Assembly (NCBI GenBank): GCA_963796285.1
Contig: CAWCKW010000003.1
Span: forward strand, 128,001-192,000
Direction: 5' to 3'
DNA from: Nitrospirota bacterium
Lineage (GTDB): Bacteria; Nitrospirota; UBA9217
DNA: 64,000 bases
Shown here piece by piece: positions 61,819-64,000 of this stretch. Below the pieces are notes generated by a model. That model searched no databases, was not told where the DNA came from, and saw only the letters and a program-made list of their open reading frames with translations. The position numbers were made by a program, and so were the translations under genes. Position 1 is the first letter of the stretch; the number at the start of each line of letters is the position of its first letter.

Positions 61819-62949
61819 TTAGTAGAACAGCATAAACCGCCGTGTCTGGATATTCAAGAGAATTCCGAGGGCGAGAAAGGTGGCAATGATTGACGTCCCG
61901 CCGTAGCTCACGAGGGGAAGCGGCACGCCGACGACGGGCACGATGCCCACGGCCATGCCGACATTGATGATGACGTAGAGCGATATCATGGAGACAAGGC
62001 CGCCGGCCATGAGAGCGCCGAGACGGTCCTTTGCGTTCTTGGCAATGTCCACGCCCACAAGGAGAAGGAGCAGATACACGAACAGCAGCAGGCCGGCGCC
62101 GACGAGGCCCGTCTCTTCCGCGATCACGGCGAAAATGAAGTCTGTGTGGCGCTCGGGCAGAAAGGCCATCTGGCTCTGCGTGCCTTTTCGGTAACCCTTG
62201 CCCATGATCTGGCCCGAGCCCACGGCGATCTTGGACTGGTTCGCGTGATAGCCGCTCCCGAGCGGGTCCGAGCCCGGGTCGACGAACGCCTTGATCCGGT
62301 TCTGCTGGTACGGCTTGAGAGAACCCCAGATCTTGTGACGCACCGGCGACACGGCGAAGACGAGTGCGGCGATCACCACTCCGGTGACGAGCACCATCAG
62401 GGCGGACCGCAGGTGTATGCCGGCGAGCACGACGATGAGGGACGACGTCATCAGCAGCATGATCGCCGTGCCGAGGTCAGGCTGTTTGAGCACCAGCAGG
62501 AGCGGGACCAGGACCATGGCCCCGGGTACGGCCAGGTCGCGAAGCTCGTAACCTCCCCGCTTCGGGTCTTCAGCAAAGTACCGCGCCAGGGCGAGTGTGA
62601 CCGAAAGCTTCGCAAGCTCCGAAGGCTGGAAGGCGAAGGGGCCGATGGCGAGCCAGCGCTGGGCCCCCATGCCGGTCTTGCCCATGACCATGACGAGGAA
62701 CAGGAGCACAAGCGAGACCGCGTAGAGCAGGTAGGCATAGCGGCCCACCGTGTGATAATCAGGGATGAGCGCAAGGACCATGACAACGAAACCTATGGAA
62801 ACCCAGATAATCTGCTTCGTGAACAGGGACGAGGGCCCTCTCGACGTATACGTTGCGCTGTATACCGCAGCAAGGCCGATGGCGGCAATGATGACGACCA
62901 GCAACACGAGCCCCCAGGGCAGATTATCGAACCGTCTTTGGCTCAACAT
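61819..62949 (-). CDS. rodA: Rod shape-determining protein RodA
   Basis: GAQRW, FQPSELAK, QPDLGT, LPERHTDFIF, LPLVSYGGTS. Confidence 0.97.
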   Translation of the reverse strand: MLSQRRFDNLPWGLVLLVVIIAAIGLAAVYSATYTSRGPSSLFTKQIIWVSIGFVVMVLALIPDYHTVGRYAYLLYAVSLVLLFLVMVMGKTGMGAQRWLAIGPFAFQPSELAKLSVTLALARYFAEDPKRGGYELRDLAVPGAMVLVPLLLVLKQPDLGTAIMLLMTSSLIVVLAGIHLRSALMVLVTGVVIAALVFAVSPVRHKIWGSLKPYQQNRIKAFVDPGSDPLGSGYHANQSKIAVGSGQIMGKGYRKGTQSQMAFLPERHTDFIFAVIAEETGLVGAGLLLFVYLLLLLVGVDIAKNAKDRLGALMAGGLVSMISLYVIINVGMAVGIVPVVGVPLPLVSYGGTSIIATFLALGILLNIQTRRFMLFY

Positions 62950-64000
62950 TTTTCAGATACTCCTCAATGACTTTTTTTGCAATGGGGGCGGCGGCGCTTC
63001 CACCGTGTCCGCCGTGCTCGACCACCACGGCCACGGCGATCTTCGGGTTATCGACCGGAGCAAAGCCAACGAACCACGCGTGGTCCTTCGTTTCGTCCGA
63101 GAGTTTTCGGCCGGAAACTTTCTGCGCAATGACCTGGGCCGTGCCTGTCTTGCCGGCGACAATTGCAAGCGGCGTAGCGGCCGCATGGGCGGTGCCTCCG
63201 GGTTCGTTGACCACACCGGCGAGGGCACTGCGCACTTCCTCGAGTACGTTGGGATCGAGCGTGACCGAACCAGTGTGTTCCGGAGAAATAACGTTCACTT
63301 CCCCGGTCTCCCGGTTCCTGGTCTGCTTGAGCAGCTGGGGGCGGAAGAAGCTTCCGCCGTTCGCAACGGCGCTCATCATCTGGCAGGCCTGGATCGGGCT
63401 GACGAGAACGAAACCCTGGCCGATGGAGTTGATGTATGTGTCCCCCGGATACCAGGCTTCCCCGGTCCGTTTCTTCTTCCACGCTGTCGTAGGAATGAGG
63501 CCCGGTTTTTCGTCAGGCAAAAGAATGCCGGTCAGACTCCCGTAACCGAGTTTCCTTGCATACTCGGCCACACGGTCCCAGCCGATGCGCTCTCCCATCG
63601 TATAGAAATAAACATCGCAGGACTCGACGAGCGCCTGGTGGAGAGAGACCGCGCCGTGTCCGCCTTTTTTCCAGCACCGGAAGGAGTGCCTGCCGCTCGT
63701 GAGAAACCCCTTGCACGTTACCTTATCATCTAGCTTGATCACACCGGACTCCAGGCCGGCCAGCGCCACGATGATCTTGAACGTGGAACCCGGCGGATAC
63801 ACGCTCTGGATCGCGCGGTTGTACATCGGGTGGCTGGGGTCTTTCATGAGCTGCACCCAATCCTTTGGAGAAATTCCCCGGGGGAAGAGGTTCGGGTCGT
63901 ATGAGGGATGGCTGGTGAGGGCGAGGATTTCGCCGGTGTTCGGGTCCATGGCCACCACGGCCCCTGCCCGGCTGCCGAGACCTTCCTCGGCCGCTTTTTG
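62924..64000 (-). CDS. mrdA: Penicillin-binding protein 2 (5' end outside window)
   Basis: YPPGSTFK (SxxK), SCDVYFY, GKTGTAQ, DHAWF; directly upstream of rodA. Confidence 0.95.
   Translation of the reverse strand, partial: QKAAEEGLGSRAGAVVAMDPNTGEILALTSHPSYDPNLFPRGISPKDWVQLMKDPSHPMYNRAIQSVYPPGSTFKIIVALAGLESGVIKLDDKVTCKGFLTSGRHSFRCWKKGGHGAVSLHQALVESCDVYFYTMGERIGWDRVAEYARKLGYGSLTGILLPDEKPGLIPTTAWKKKRTGEAWYPGDTYINSIGQGFVLVSPIQACQMMSAVANGGSFFRPQLLKQTRNRETGEVNVISPEHTGSVTLDPNVLEEVRSALAGVVNEPGGTAHAAATPLAIVAGKTGTAQVIAQKVSGRKLSDETKDHAWFVGFAPVDNPKIAVAVVVEHGGHGGSAAAPIAKKVIEEYLKNVEPKTVR

Overview
Bacterial chromosomal window of moderately high GC. Gene order and protein style suggest a Nitrospirota- or Desulfobacterota-like organism (inference only). 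From left to right: (1) a truncated exported NHL-repeat/FN3 protein divergent from a beta-helix/FN3/CFI-box-CTERM surface protein and an MXAN_2562-like outer-membrane barrel; (2) a sulfur-relay cluster (TusA, YeeE, DsrE/F/H-like) next to a split Rieske/cytochrome b6/subunit IV operon with no c-type cytochrome; (3) a 15-kb type IV pilus locus with MSHA-like pilin order, duplicated major pilins, an embedded TMTC-like glycosyltransferase, an unusual tip module, a stand-alone MerR-like HTH and pilMNOPQ, but no ATPase; (4) rho-rpmE-DUF1385-prfA-prmC-murA-hisD-hisG; (5) a ~13.4-kb accessory insert splitting the his operon (diguanylate cyclase broken at a T10 tract, YyaL-like protein, sigma-54 activator, tyrosine integrase, hybrid kinase, HD-GYP regulator, most with single-base indels); (6) hisC-B-H-A-F, then a barrel gene flanked by a partial hisF duplication; (7) yjgR, adk, rng, a radical SAM fusion, rodA and partial mrdA. 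Most intergenic gaps of the core operons carry short palindromic 7- to 9-mer tandem repeats, some inside coding sequence. There are also three IS66-like MITE copies and one REP pair. No rRNA, tRNA or CRISPR array was seen. All family assignments are from motif recognition by eye, not database searches.
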